From positions 23,048 to 87,047 of the forward strand of contig ONIH01000003.1 in assembly GCA_900317825.1 (NCBI GenBank): a stretch of DNA of 64,000 bases. Reading direction: 5' to 3'. The notes under the pieces were generated by a model. The model was not told where the DNA came from. It saw only the letters and a list, made by a program, of their open reading frames with translations, and made no database searches. Source of the DNA: an uncultured Lachnospiraceae bacterium. Lineage in GTDB: Bacteria; Bacillota; Clostridia; Lachnospirales; Lachnospiraceae. This document shows positions 29,022 through 38,280 of the stretch, in pieces. Every line of letters starts with the position of its first letter. The stretch's first letter is position 1. The translations under genes were made by a program, and so were the position numbers.

Positions 29022-29510
29022 TTAATCTTCTTTTTTCTCTTCTGTCTCTTCAGGCTCTTCCGATTTTCCTTCGTCAGCGGGCTTATCCTCAGCGTCAGAA
29101 GTCTCCTCGTCGTCTTCCTCATCCTCAAAGGCGTCGTCCTCGTCGACTACTTCTGAATCCACCGTATCAGTGTCCTCAAAGACATTCATATCAGCTCCGC
29201 AGTTCGGACAGAACTTGGCGTTCTTCGGTACGTACTCGCCACAGTCCGGGCATACGACTTCACCCCTGATGTCGGCAAGCTCATCCTTAGTATCAGCTAT
29301 CTCTGTAAAAATCTCCTGGATCCGCCTGTTCTCCGCGGAATCTTCGTCTTTATGCTTCTCGTAATACTTTCTCCCCAGGTTCTCGTATTCCTTTGACAGT
29401 TTGTCGTCCAGACTTCTGAGTCTGATATTCAGCTTTGCGGTTCTGGCAGCATCTTTAGCGGCTTCTCCGAACCCCCTTCCGGCTTCATTTAAAGAATCAA
29501 AAAATCCCAT
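29022..29510 (-). CDS. Zinc-ribbon domain protein with acidic tail
   Basis: CPDCG..VPKNAKFCPNCG; start moved to the ATG at 29510 after GGAGG. Confidence 0.85.
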   Translation of the reverse strand: MGFFDSLNEAGRGFGEAAKDAARTAKLNIRLRSLDDKLSKEYENLGRKYYEKHKDEDSAENRRIQEIFTEIADTKDELADIRGEVVCPDCGEYVPKNAKFCPNCGADMNVFEDTDTVDSEVVDEDDAFEDEEDDEETSDAEDKPADEGKSEEPEETEEKKED

Positions 29511-29730
29511 ATGTATGCCTCCTTTATAAATCACGTCACTTTGCTACCTATTATACATCAACAACCCACTTCTTTTCCACCACAAAATTTGAGCGCTGAG
29601 TAGGGCTAATTCTTCGATATTCTCGAATGTCATGCCTAAGTCTGGAGGATATACTCGAACTGCCGTCATTTTCACATTTTCTTTTAGTATTCTTAAAAAA
29701 ATAAACTTTTTTCAGCAAGAAAGGACTTTT

Positions 29731-30093
29731 ATGTCATCTGATAAATCAACGCTCCACTCGTTCTCGACGAGACTCCAGATCATCCTGAAAGAGCGTCATA
29801 TTAAAAAAACCGATTTCGCAAAGGAAATCGGTATAGCATCCACGACTCTGAGTGGATATCTGTCTGAAAAACACAGTCCGGATCTCGACACCCTGAAACT
29901 GATCTGTGATAAGCTCGACATCAGCACTGACTACCTGCTCGGCAGGACTGAGCGCCGTTTCATGGATGCGACGACTTTCACAAAGCCTGAAAACGATATG
30001 ATCGTCATGTACAAGCAGCTCAGTGAAAACCGTCAGTACGAAGCAATGGGTGAAGTCCGTATGCTTCTAAAAGCTGAGAAATCCGGCAATTAA
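29731..30093 (+). CDS. XRE-family HTH transcriptional regulator
   Basis: FAKEIGIASTTLSGYLSEKHSPDLDTLKLICDKLDISTDYLLGRT; AAAGGA RBS before the ATG at 29731. Confidence 0.88.
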   Translation: MSSDKSTLHSFSTRLQIILKERHIKKTDFAKEIGIASTTLSGYLSEKHSPDLDTLKLICDKLDISTDYLLGRTERRFMDATTFTKPENDMIVMYKQLSENRQYEAMGEVRMLLKAEKSGN

Positions 30094-30094
30094 G

Positions 30095-31057
30095 TTACCT
30101 CATGCAGATATATACGAGGTAAACGACGTACATCAGGATCATCACGATGCCCTCTGGTTTCGTGAGTTTCTTGTCCTTAAAGCAGAAGAGCCATACGACG
30201 AACGAGAATACGATCAGCACTATCGTGTCGATGATATTCTCCGTGCTGATGGTGACCGGAGTGATGACAGCTGCGACACCGAGAATAGCCAGGATGTTAA
30301 ATATATTTGAACCAACGGCGTTACCGACAGCCATATCCAGCTCATTTTTGCGGGCTGCAACGATAGAAGTAGCAAGCTCCGGAAGAGAAGTACCGCAGGC
30401 CACTATCGTAAGACCGATAAGAGTTTCGCTTACACCCATGGCACGGGCTATTTTTTCAGAAGAATCAACGACAAAGTCGCCGCCGAACTTTATGGCGATG
30501 ATGCCGCCTATGATGTAGATAAGCGACTGCCAGAGCGGAAGGATCTTTATATCCTCATCTTCCTGTTTTTCCTCAGCATTTTCGGCCGCTGTTTTTCTGC
30601 TGACCATCGTCCTGTGGACCATCGACCAGATGAAGTATGCGAAAAGTATCAGGAAGATGATACCGCACACTCTGTTCAGTTTTCCAAGAACCAGCCCCAG
30701 GACCACGATCAGGATCGCTGCAAAAATCGAGAATGGCAAGTCAGCAGTGATGACCGACTTCTGTACAGCGAGCACTGAAAAAATCGCCGAGCAGCCGAGC
30801 ACTACCATCAGGTTAAAAATATTTGAACCGACGACATTACTTACTGCGAGCTGGTTGTGTCCGGCGATAGAAGAAGTCACTGAAACTGACAGCTCCGGAA
30901 GTGAAGTACCCATAGCCACGATCGTCATGCCGATCACAAGCCCAGGGATATGGAACTGTCTTGCAACTGATGAGCTTCCATCGACAAAGAAATCCGCTCC
31001 CTTTATCAGGAGCACAAATCCTATCAGTAGTAAAATAACCGTCAAAAACATCTGCAT
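30095..31057 (-). CDS. Calcium/sodium (CaCA, YrbG-like) antiporter
   Basis: Two alpha repeats GTSLPEL...SNVVGSNIFN and GTSLPEL...GNAVGSNIFN. Confidence 0.92.
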   Translation of the reverse strand: MQMFLTVILLLIGFVLLIKGADFFVDGSSSVARQFHIPGLVIGMTIVAMGTSLPELSVSVTSSIAGHNQLAVSNVVGSNIFNLMVVLGCSAIFSVLAVQKSVITADLPFSIFAAILIVVLGLVLGKLNRVCGIIFLILFAYFIWSMVHRTMVSRKTAAENAEEKQEDEDIKILPLWQSLIYIIGGIIAIKFGGDFVVDSSEKIARAMGVSETLIGLTIVACGTSLPELATSIVAARKNELDMAVGNAVGSNIFNILAILGVAAVITPVTISTENIIDTIVLIVFSFVVWLFCFKDKKLTKPEGIVMILMYVVYLVYICMR

Positions 31058-31073
31058 ATAAATTCTTCCTTTC

Positions 31074-31655
31074 TTATTCCAAACCCATCAGATGAGTTAT
31101 CAGAATCCTCGTACCTATCACTATCAGTATCAGACCTCCGACCAGCTGCGCGCGTTTTTCGAACTTCGAGCCGAAGATATTACCTATATAAACGCCTCCG
31201 AACGAGATGACAAAAGTCGTAACTCCGATTATCGAAGCAGCCTCAAGTATATTAAAGTGCGGGGTGAACGAAAAAGTGACTCCGACCGCCAGAGCGTCGA
31301 TGCTTGTCGCAACCGCCATCATCAGCAGTTCCTTGGCGTCGAGTGGAGGGTCCATTTCTTCGATCCTAGGCTTGTCATTCCATTCCTTGACGGCTTCGAT
31401 CGACATTTTTCCACCTATATATAGTAATAGGAAAAATGCGATCCAGTGATCGATGCTCCGGATGTACCTGGCAAAAGTGCTTCCAAGAAGCCAGCCTATC
31501 AGAGGCATCAGCGCCTGAAAACCGCCAAACGCAAAGGCTATCGCCAGACATTGTCGTTTGTTCACTTTTCGCATCGCAAGGCCCTTGCAGACCGCGACCG
31601 CCAGGGCATCCATCGACAGACCGACACCCAGGAGAAAAATCTCCAGCACATTCAT
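31074..31655 (-). CDS. mntP: Manganese efflux pump MntP
   Basis: GLSMDALAVAVCKG, FQALMPLIGW, ATSIDALAVG; start moved to the ATG at 31655 after GGAGG. Confidence 0.92.
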   Translation of the reverse strand: MNVLEIFLLGVGLSMDALAVAVCKGLAMRKVNKRQCLAIAFAFGGFQALMPLIGWLLGSTFARYIRSIDHWIAFFLLLYIGGKMSIEAVKEWNDKPRIEEMDPPLDAKELLMMAVATSIDALAVGVTFSFTPHFNILEAASIIGVTTFVISFGGVYIGNIFGSKFEKRAQLVGGLILIVIGTRILITHLMGLE

Positions 31656-31737
31656 AAGCTGCCTCCATACACACTTCACAAAATAGCCACAAAATATCAA
31701 CACGCAGATATCTTGATTTCTGTGGCTTTCCACCGAG

Positions 31738-31966
31738 TTATCCACTTTATCCACAATCAGAATGTGAACAGAACAGAATTTCTTCTGTAAAAATCACCCG
31801 GAATAAACAGTTATCCACAATACTTTTCCACTTCTCAAATAGGCGTTAAAAAAATAAGACTCCTGCACAAAGCCTGTAAAATCAATGCTTACAGCCTTCA
31901 TGCACGAGTCTCATTCTTTAAAATCTGCCAGGAGCTGCTACAGTTATCCACACGAGCTGTGGATAA
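31738..31966. promoter_or_regulatory. DnaA-box cluster distant from oriC
   Basis: Perfect TTATCCACA at 31747, 31811 and 31944, TGTGGATAA at 31958; one-mismatch boxes at 31738 and 31824. Confidence 0.8.
31848..31910 (-). terminator. Riboswitch expression-platform terminator in the mntP leader
   Basis: Minus strand: GACTCGTGCATGAAGGCTGTAA-loop-TTACAGGCTTTGTGCAGGAGTC then TTATTTTTTT; the 5' arm overlaps the P1 3' strand. Confidence 0.8.
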
Positions 31967-32035
31967 AATACTGTGTTCTTCCGGGATTGTTGACAGATCA
32001 CACCAAAGGGATGCGAATTACTCCCTCACACATAC
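31900..32035 (-). ncRNA. yybP-ykoY (manganese) riboswitch
   Basis: P1 AUGUGUGAG/CUCGUGCAU, L1 GGGAGUA with opposite GAGAC, P1.2 AUUC/GAAU, L3 UGUCAACA closed by UCUG/CGGA, upstream of mntP with an overlapping terminator. Confidence 0.8.
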
Positions 32036-32057
32036 TTTTTCAGTTAAGTTTACGAGT

Positions 32058-32086
32058 AGTATAAAAACTTTTTCCGTTAAAGTCAA
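32058..32086 (-). promoter_or_regulatory. SigA promoter of the mntP leader
   Basis: TTGACT-N17-TATACT on the minus strand, just upstream of the riboswitch. Confidence 0.8.
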
Positions 32087-32173
32087 TACACACGCGTGTA
32101 CTTTGCTCCGTGCAAGGTGACAGAGGCCCGTTTAATGTCACCTTTTAAAGGGGTTTCAAGAAGCATTTTTTTA

Positions 32174-32182
32174 TGATATAAT
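32174..32182 (+). promoter_or_regulatory. Extended -10 promoter of tyrS
   Basis: TGATATAAT about 85 bp before the tyrS ATG; weak -35 (TTTCAA). Confidence 0.6.
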
Positions 32183-32266
32183 GAGCAAATGTTTGCAGAA
32201 CTTTTTATGATAATAAACGGATATATCGTCAAGCTGTAACGCTTAAACTATTTATCTGGAGGTATT

Positions 32267-33484
32267 ATGACATTATATGATGAACTGGTTGCCCGCGGAC
32301 TTATCGCGCAGGTGACAGATGAAAAAGAGATAAAGGACCTGGTAAATAACGGAAAGGCCACTTTTTACATAGGATTTGATCCGACCGCCGATTCACTGCA
32401 TGTAGGACACTTCATGGCGATGATCCTGATGAAGCGTCTCCAGCAGGGCGGAAACAAGCCCATAGCCCTTATGGGTGGCGGAACTGCCATGATCGGTGAC
32501 CCGTCAGGCCGTACAGACATGAGAAAAATGATGACGACCGAGACCATCGATCATAACGTCGAGTGTTTCAAGAAGCAGATGAGCCGCTTCATCGAATTCG
32601 GCGAGGGTAAGGCGCGCATCGTAAATAATGCCGACTGGCTCAGGAACCTGAATTTCCTGGATTTCATGCGTGACATAGGACCGTGCTTCTCTGTAAACGA
32701 TATGCTGCGTGCCAGATGCTATGTGAACAGACTTGAGAAGGGACTCTCGTTCCTCGAGTTTTCATACATGCTGATGCAGAGCTACGACTTCCTCCGCCTG
32801 TACGAAGATTACGGGTGCAACATGGAGTTCGGCGGCGATGACCAGTGGTCGAATATGCTTGGTGGTACTGAGCTTATCAGAAAGAAACTCGGAAAAGATG
32901 CTTACGCTATGACCATCACCCTCCTGTTAAAGCATGACGGCACGAAGATGGGAAAGACCGCCGGCGGCGCTGTATGGCTCGACCCTGACAAGACTTCGCC
33001 TTACGACTTCTACCAGTACTGGAGAAACGTCGACGACCAGGATGTCCTCGGCTTCCTAAGAAAAATGACCTTCCTTCCGCTCGAGCAGATCGATGAGATG
33101 GACAAGTGGGAAGGCGAGCAGCTCAACGAGGCAAAGAAGATCCTCGCTCACGAGCTGACATCAATGGTTCACGGCGAGGACGAGGCAAAGAAGGCTGAGT
33201 CAGCAGCTATTTCCGTATTTACGACCGGCTCCGCTGAGAATATGCCTGAAGCCCAGATCTCAGACAGTGACTTCAAGGATGGCAAGATCGACATCGTAGG
33301 CGTTCTCGTCGCCGCAAAGCTCGCAGGTTCGAGAAACGAAGCCCGCAGGGCAGTAGAGCAGGGCGGTGTTTCTGTCAACGGTGAAAAAGTAACCGATATC
33401 CACACTTCATACGAAACTGCTGATTTTTCAAAGGATTTCGTACTGAAAAAAGGAAAGAAAAAGTTCTGCAAAGTAGTGATGTAA
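32267..33484 (+). CDS. tyrS: Tyrosine--tRNA ligase
   Basis: YIGFDPTADSLHVGH, GGDDQWSN, KMGKT, C-terminal S4 domain. Confidence 0.97.
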   Translation: MTLYDELVARGLIAQVTDEKEIKDLVNNGKATFYIGFDPTADSLHVGHFMAMILMKRLQQGGNKPIALMGGGTAMIGDPSGRTDMRKMMTTETIDHNVECFKKQMSRFIEFGEGKARIVNNADWLRNLNFLDFMRDIGPCFSVNDMLRARCYVNRLEKGLSFLEFSYMLMQSYDFLRLYEDYGCNMEFGGDDQWSNMLGGTELIRKKLGKDAYAMTITLLLKHDGTKMGKTAGGAVWLDPDKTSPYDFYQYWRNVDDQDVLGFLRKMTFLPLEQIDEMDKWEGEQLNEAKKILAHELTSMVHGEDEAKKAESAAISVFTTGSAENMPEAQISDSDFKDGKIDIVGVLVAAKLAGSRNEARRAVEQGGVSVNGEKVTDIHTSYETADFSKDFVLKKGKKKFCKVVM

Positions 33485-34360
33485 ATGCCTGAGATTTCGA
33501 TAGTAACGCCGGTCTACAATGCATACAGATATCTGACAAATACGATAACCTCTGTGAATTCACAGGGGTTCTCTTCGTATGAGTGGCTGATCTGCGACGA
33601 TGGCTCGACAGACGATTCACCTGAGCTTTTGAAACGGGCAGCCGCCAATAACCCGCGTATCCACATTTTCACGCAGGAGAACAGTGGAGTGGCAGTCGCG
33701 CGCAACACCTGCCTTAAGCATGTGAGCGGAAAGTACCTGATGTTCCTTGACTCAGACGATGCGCTTGCCGAAAACGCGCTTCATACCCTCTACGATCAGA
33801 TGGCAGCAAGCGACGCCGATATCTGCATCTACGCCTGGTACATCCACCAGTTTGATGATCTTTTTTCATATATTTTTGAAAAAAGAGAGACAGAAAGCAC
33901 AGCAGAAGACCGCTATCGGATGATACTTACGGATGCCTATCTCTGCGGAGGCGGTTATCCATGGAATAAGATCTGGAAGGTATCTGCTATCGAAAAAAAT
34001 GGGGCAGTCCCTGGCTTTGATGCCGGCATCAGTTACATGGAAGACAAGCTTTGGACTCTCGAACGACTTGATGACATGAAAAAACAGCGGGTCATTTTTT
34101 ACAATGAACCGCTGTATCATTACTATATAAGACCTGATTCGCTGTCGCATTTCAACGGGCTTCAGGACTTCAACCGGAAGTCGGAGAATATCACGCAGGC
34201 TCTTCAGTTCATGCTCGACTACATACGTGAAAATCATCCGTCCGTTTACCAAGATGCCTGCGACATGGTGAAAAAACAGACCGAATGGCTAAAGGCTATG
34301 ATAGCTCAGTTCCTGAAGACTTCTTTTTCACCAGATAGCCCATCAGAAGAGCCATCGTAA
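33485..34360 (+). CDS. Glycosyltransferase family 2
   Basis: ISIVTPVYN, DDGSTDDS, ENSGVAVARN, FLDSDD. Confidence 0.9.
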   Translation: MPEISIVTPVYNAYRYLTNTITSVNSQGFSSYEWLICDDGSTDDSPELLKRAAANNPRIHIFTQENSGVAVARNTCLKHVSGKYLMFLDSDDALAENALHTLYDQMAASDADICIYAWYIHQFDDLFSYIFEKRETESTAEDRYRMILTDAYLCGGGYPWNKIWKVSAIEKNGAVPGFDAGISYMEDKLWTLERLDDMKKQRVIFYNEPLYHYYIRPDSLSHFNGLQDFNRKSENITQALQFMLDYIRENHPSVYQDACDMVKKQTEWLKAMIAQFLKTSFSPDSPSEEPS

Positions 34361-34820
34361 CCCCGATCAGAGTCCCGACTATCACATCGGTCGGGAAATG
34401 CACGAAGAGGTACATCCGTGAGAGCGCTATCAGAATAGCGAGGATTATCGCGGCTGTGCCCCATTTTTTATTGTAGAGAAAAATGCTGACTGCCACAGAA
34501 AATGACGCCGCCGAATGTCCCGATGGGAAAGAGTAGTCCTTCGGGATCCTGACCAACATATGAACCGTCGGATCCAACCAGATGGGGCGGCTTCGTCTGA
34601 CAGTGTTCTTCAGTACCAGAACGATCACTGCCTCCGACGCAAGCGCCAGCGCGCACGTGATTCCGACTCTCTTGTCCTTCACCAAAAAAATAATGGCGAC
34701 CGTCAGAAGTATCCAGAAAATACCGCCGTCTCCGAATTTTGTTATCACCTTTTCTATCTGGTCGAGCACCGGATTGTGCAGGCTCTGGAACCAGTAGAGC
34801 ACATCAAATTCCCACTGCAT
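34296..34820 (-). CDS. PAP2 family phosphatase
   Basis: KNTVRRSRP, SFPSGHS, SRMYLFVHFPTDV. Confidence 0.9.
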   Translation of the reverse strand: MQWEFDVLYWFQSLHNPVLDQIEKVITKFGDGGIFWILLTVAIIFLVKDKRVGITCALALASEAVIVLVLKNTVRRSRPIWLDPTVHMLVRIPKDYSFPSGHSAASFSVAVSIFLYNKKWGTAAIILAILIALSRMYLFVHFPTDVIVGTLIGVTMALLMGYLVKKKSSGTELS

Positions 34821-34832
34821 GTATATATAATA

Positions 34833-35615
34833 TCACAAAGAGTGAACCGCGTCAGCCATTTCTTTTACGAATTTCTTTACTTCAGGGACACATTCCTTGC
34901 CGTACTTTGCGCAGAGCTTGACGATGGCGGAACCTACGATGGCTCCGTCTGATTTTTTTGCCATCTCAGCAGCGGTTTCTGGGTTTGAGATTCCGAAGCC
35001 GACAGCACACGGGATATCCTTTGCCTCTTTTACGAGTTCTACCATGGCGCCAATGTCTGTGGTGATCTTCGTCCTTGTTCCTGTGACTCCGAGTGACGAT
35101 ACACAGTAGACGAACCCATCAGCATCTTTTGCGATCATGCGGATCCTGTCGTGCGAGGTAGGAGCTATCAGAGAGATCAGGTCTATACCGTATTTTTTGC
35201 ATACAGAAGAAAATTCTTCCTTCTCCTCATAAGGCACGTCCGGCAGGATCAGTCCCTGCATTCCGATCTCAGCGGCAGTTTTTATGAACTTTTCGGTGCC
35301 GTAATGGAAAACCACATTCGCATAAGTCATGAATACCATAGGAATCTGGCAGTTCTTGCGGATCTTTCTTACCATGTCAAAAATCTTATCGGTCGTTACT
35401 CCGCCAGAAAGCGCACGGATATTCGCCTCCTGTATGACCGGACCCTCAGCCGTCGGATCTGAAAACGGGATTCCGAGCTCTATCAGGTCTGCTCCGGCAT
35501 CTGCCATTGCATACACGAGCTGTTCCGTGACTTCAAGTGAAGGGTCTCCGCTCGTGATGAATGGAATGAAGGCCTTTCCGTTTTTATTTTTAAATGCGTC
35601 TGCTATCTTAGTCAT
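34833..35615 (-). CDS. trpA: Tryptophan synthase alpha chain
   Basis: [43 protein letters not shown]. Confidence 0.96.
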   Translation of the reverse strand: MTKIADAFKNKNGKAFIPFITSGDPSLEVTEQLVYAMADAGADLIELGIPFSDPTAEGPVIQEANIRALSGGVTTDKIFDMVRKIRKNCQIPMVFMTYANVVFHYGTEKFIKTAAEIGMQGLILPDVPYEEKEEFSSVCKKYGIDLISLIAPTSHDRIRMIAKDADGFVYCVSSLGVTGTRTKITTDIGAMVELVKEAKDIPCAVGFGISNPETAAEMAKKSDGAIVGSAIVKLCAKYGKECVPEVKKFVKEMADAVHSL

Positions 35616-36798
35616 AAATCTTCTCACCTCTGTATCTTGCGATCGCTGCTACGTCCTTGTCTCCACGTCCCGAGAGAGTTATCACGATGATCTGGTCTTT
35701 GCTCATGGTCGGAGCGAGTTTTTTCGCATAAGCTACTGCGTGCGCGCTCTCGATAGCCGGGATGACACCTTCGACCTTCGACAGATACTCGAACGCATCC
35801 ACAGCCTCGTCATCTGTGATCGGCACATACTGGGCTCTGCCGATATCATGCAGATAAGCGTGCTCCGGTCCGACTCCCGGATAATCGAGTCCTGCAGAGA
35901 TCGAGTAAACCGGAGCTATCTGTCCGTACTTGTCCTGGCAGAAGTAGGACTTCATCCCGTGAAAAATTCCTAGAGAGCCTGTATTTACCGTAGCTGCTGT
36001 CTCATTCGTATCGATTCCCCTGCCTGCTGCCTCACAACCGATGAGTTTTACCGATTTATTATCTATGAAGTGGTAAAATGAGCCGATTGCGTTGGAACCT
36101 CCGCCTACACAGGCGATAACTGCATCCGGCAGCCTTCCCTCTTTTTCTAGGATCTGCTGCTTGATCTCACGCGAAATGACAGCCTGAAAATCTCTTACGA
36201 TAGTAGGGAATGGGTGCGGCCCCATGCAGCTTCCGAGCACATAGTGCGTATCCGAGATACGATTCGTCCATTCTCTCATGGTCTCCGAAACCGCATCCTT
36301 CAGAGTTCCGGTTCCGCTAGTGACTGGATGTACCTTTGCACCGAGAAGCTTCATCCTATATACGTTCAGTGCCTGTCTTTCTGTATCGACCTTCCCCATA
36401 AAAATCTCACATTCAAGCCCCATGTAGGCAGCTACTGTCGCTGTAGCAACACCGTGCTGACCTGCTCCGGTTTCCGCTATGACACGGGTCTTTCCCATTT
36501 TTTTAGCGAGAAGACACTGACCCAGAGCGTTGTTTATCTTGTGAGCGCCGGTGTGATTTAAGTCCTCACGCTTCAGATAGATCTTCGCGCCACCGAGATC
36601 TTCAGTCATATTTTTCGCATAGTATAAAAGTGACGGACGATTTGCATAGTTGTTATATAAGTCAGTTAACTCACGATTAAACTCCGGATCGTCCTTGTAA
36701 TGGTTATACGCTTCTTCCAGCTCTATCACAGCGTTCATCAGAGTTTCCGGTATGTACTGACCGCCATGGATTCCGAATCTTCCTTTACTATTGCTCAT
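35608..36798 (-). CDS. trpB: Tryptophan synthase beta chain
   Basis: [54 protein letters not shown]. Confidence 0.98.
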   Translation of the reverse strand: MSNSKGRFGIHGGQYIPETLMNAVIELEEAYNHYKDDPEFNRELTDLYNNYANRPSLLYYAKNMTEDLGGAKIYLKREDLNHTGAHKINNALGQCLLAKKMGKTRVIAETGAGQHGVATATVAAYMGLECEIFMGKVDTERQALNVYRMKLLGAKVHPVTSGTGTLKDAVSETMREWTNRISDTHYVLGSCMGPHPFPTIVRDFQAVISREIKQQILEKEGRLPDAVIACVGGGSNAIGSFYHFIDNKSVKLIGCEAAGRGIDTNETAATVNTGSLGIFHGMKSYFCQDKYGQIAPVYSISAGLDYPGVGPEHAYLHDIGRAQYVPITDDEAVDAFEYLSKVEGVIPAIESAHAVAYAKKLAPTMSKDQIIVITLSGRGDKDVAAIARYRGEKIYD

Positions 36799-36855
36799 TT
36801 TATCCTCCGATTTAACAAATGAATTTGCAATCTCTTATTCCCTATGTCCTAACCC

Positions 36856-37458
36856 CTATCCCCTTACTATAGAAACTACCTCTTTCACCTTCTCCTCGTC
36901 CTTTACTCCATCGGTCTCTACGCCACTTGAGATATCAACTCCCCAGGGGTTGACAGTGTCTATAGCCTGCTGCAGATTATCCACTGTCAGTCCACCGGCC
37001 AGAAACCATGGTTTGTCCGGTCTCTGTTTTATGAGGCTCCAGTCAAAAGTCTCTCCGTCGCCTTTTCCCTGGTCTAAAAGCAAATAATCGGCCGGAGACT
37101 TGCACGCCTCTTCGATATCAGCTTCCGACTTTACTTCGAAGGCTTTGATCACGCCGCAACCCGTCGCATCCTGCACCTGCTTTATGTAGTCAGGTGGCTC
37201 GTTTCCATGGAGCTGTGCTATGTCTATCGTCCCGTCTTTCAGAAGTGAAATGACCTTTTCCATTGGTTGATCTACAAATACACCAACTATAGGTATCTCT
37301 TCTGTCAGGAAAGAACCGAGTTTTGTTGCCTCTTCCGGTGTTATGCTTCGGTGACTTTTTGGAAAATCTATGATAAATCCAGCAAAATCTGGTTTATACC
37401 TGTTTGCCATCATTATATCCTTGGAACGCCTGAGTCCGCAGATCTTTATCTTTGTCAT
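36856..37458 (-). CDS. trpF: Phosphoribosylanthranilate isomerase
   Basis: KIKICGLR, VGVFVD, QLHGNE, LAGGLTVDN, GVDISSGVETDG. Confidence 0.95.
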   Translation of the reverse strand: MTKIKICGLRRSKDIMMANRYKPDFAGFIIDFPKSHRSITPEEATKLGSFLTEEIPIVGVFVDQPMEKVISLLKDGTIDIAQLHGNEPPDYIKQVQDATGCGVIKAFEVKSEADIEEACKSPADYLLLDQGKGDGETFDWSLIKQRPDKPWFLAGGLTVDNLQQAIDTVNPWGVDISSGVETDGVKDEEKVKEVVSIVRG

Positions 37459-38237
37459 CCTCTGAGTTCCTCCAGTTTCGCTTTCTTGTCTTCAGCTCTC
37501 ATCAGAGTCTCTCCTATAAGCACAGCATCTGCTCCTATAGCTTTTAATTCTGCTACATCTTGTGCTGTCTTTATTCCACTCTCTGATACGAAGACTGTAT
37601 CCTCCGGGATCAGGTCTATAAGCCTTTTCGTATTTTCCGTATCCACTGAAAAATCCTTCAGATTCCGGTTATTTACCCCGATGATTTTTGCCCCACAGTC
37701 GACTGCGGTGCGGATTTCTTCTGCATTATGTGCTTCTACAAGCGCATCCATTCCGAGTTCTTCGACTCTTGCCTTGTATCTCTTTATCTCATCTGCAGAA
37801 AGTATCGCGCATATCAGTAGAACTGCCGAAGCTCCGTAGACTCTCGCCTGATCGACCATATACTCGTCGATAGTAAAGTCTTTTCTTAGCACTGGGATGT
37901 TCACAGCTTCGGTAATTTCCTGCAGATACCTGTCACTGCCTAAGAACCAGTGGGGTTCGGTGAGACAGGAGATCGCTGAAGCGCCTGCTGCCTCGTATTC
38001 CTTTGCTATCTGAAGATATGGAAAATCCGGAGCTATGAGACCCTTCGAAGGTGACGCTTTCTTCACCTCACAGATAAAGGAAATCCCCGGCTTTTTCAGT
38101 GCTTCCAGAAATGGCGGAACTTTACTCTCAGCTGCTTTTGCATCGGCAGCTTCATGCATTTTTTCAGGAGAAATCTCTTTTTTCTGAGAAGCTATCCGCT
38201 CACGGGTCTTTGCCGCTATTTCATCAAGAATGTTCAT
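37455..38237 (-). CDS. trpC: Indole-3-glycerol-phosphate synthase
   Basis: EVKKASPSKG, LRKDFTID, LVEAHN, GVNNRNL, VSESGI. Confidence 0.96.
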   Translation of the reverse strand: MNILDEIAAKTRERIASQKKEISPEKMHEAADAKAAESKVPPFLEALKKPGISFICEVKKASPSKGLIAPDFPYLQIAKEYEAAGASAISCLTEPHWFLGSDRYLQEITEAVNIPVLRKDFTIDEYMVDQARVYGASAVLLICAILSADEIKRYKARVEELGMDALVEAHNAEEIRTAVDCGAKIIGVNNRNLKDFSVDTENTKRLIDLIPEDTVFVSESGIKTAQDVAELKAIGADAVLIGETLMRAEDKKAKLEELRG

Positions 38238-38249
38238 CTCATCACCTCA

Positions 38250-38280
38250 TGTGTCAATTTGGACGCGTACAACTGACACA
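38250..38280. repeat. REP-like palindrome, single unit
   Basis: TGTGTCA-N17 (contains GGACGCGT)-TGACACA directly after the trpD stop. Confidence 0.7.

Noticed and set aside
31729-31746. 18-bp exact match TCCACCGAGTTATCCACT shared with gyrB (50759-50776)
   Set aside because: Half of it is a DnaA-box-like word and in gyrB it encodes the conserved VDNSV; plausible as chance
31656-31754. N-terminal extension of MntP given by the ORF track (MDKVDNSVESH...)
   Set aside because: The GTG start is part of a DnaA box; the GGAGG RBS supports the ATG at 31655
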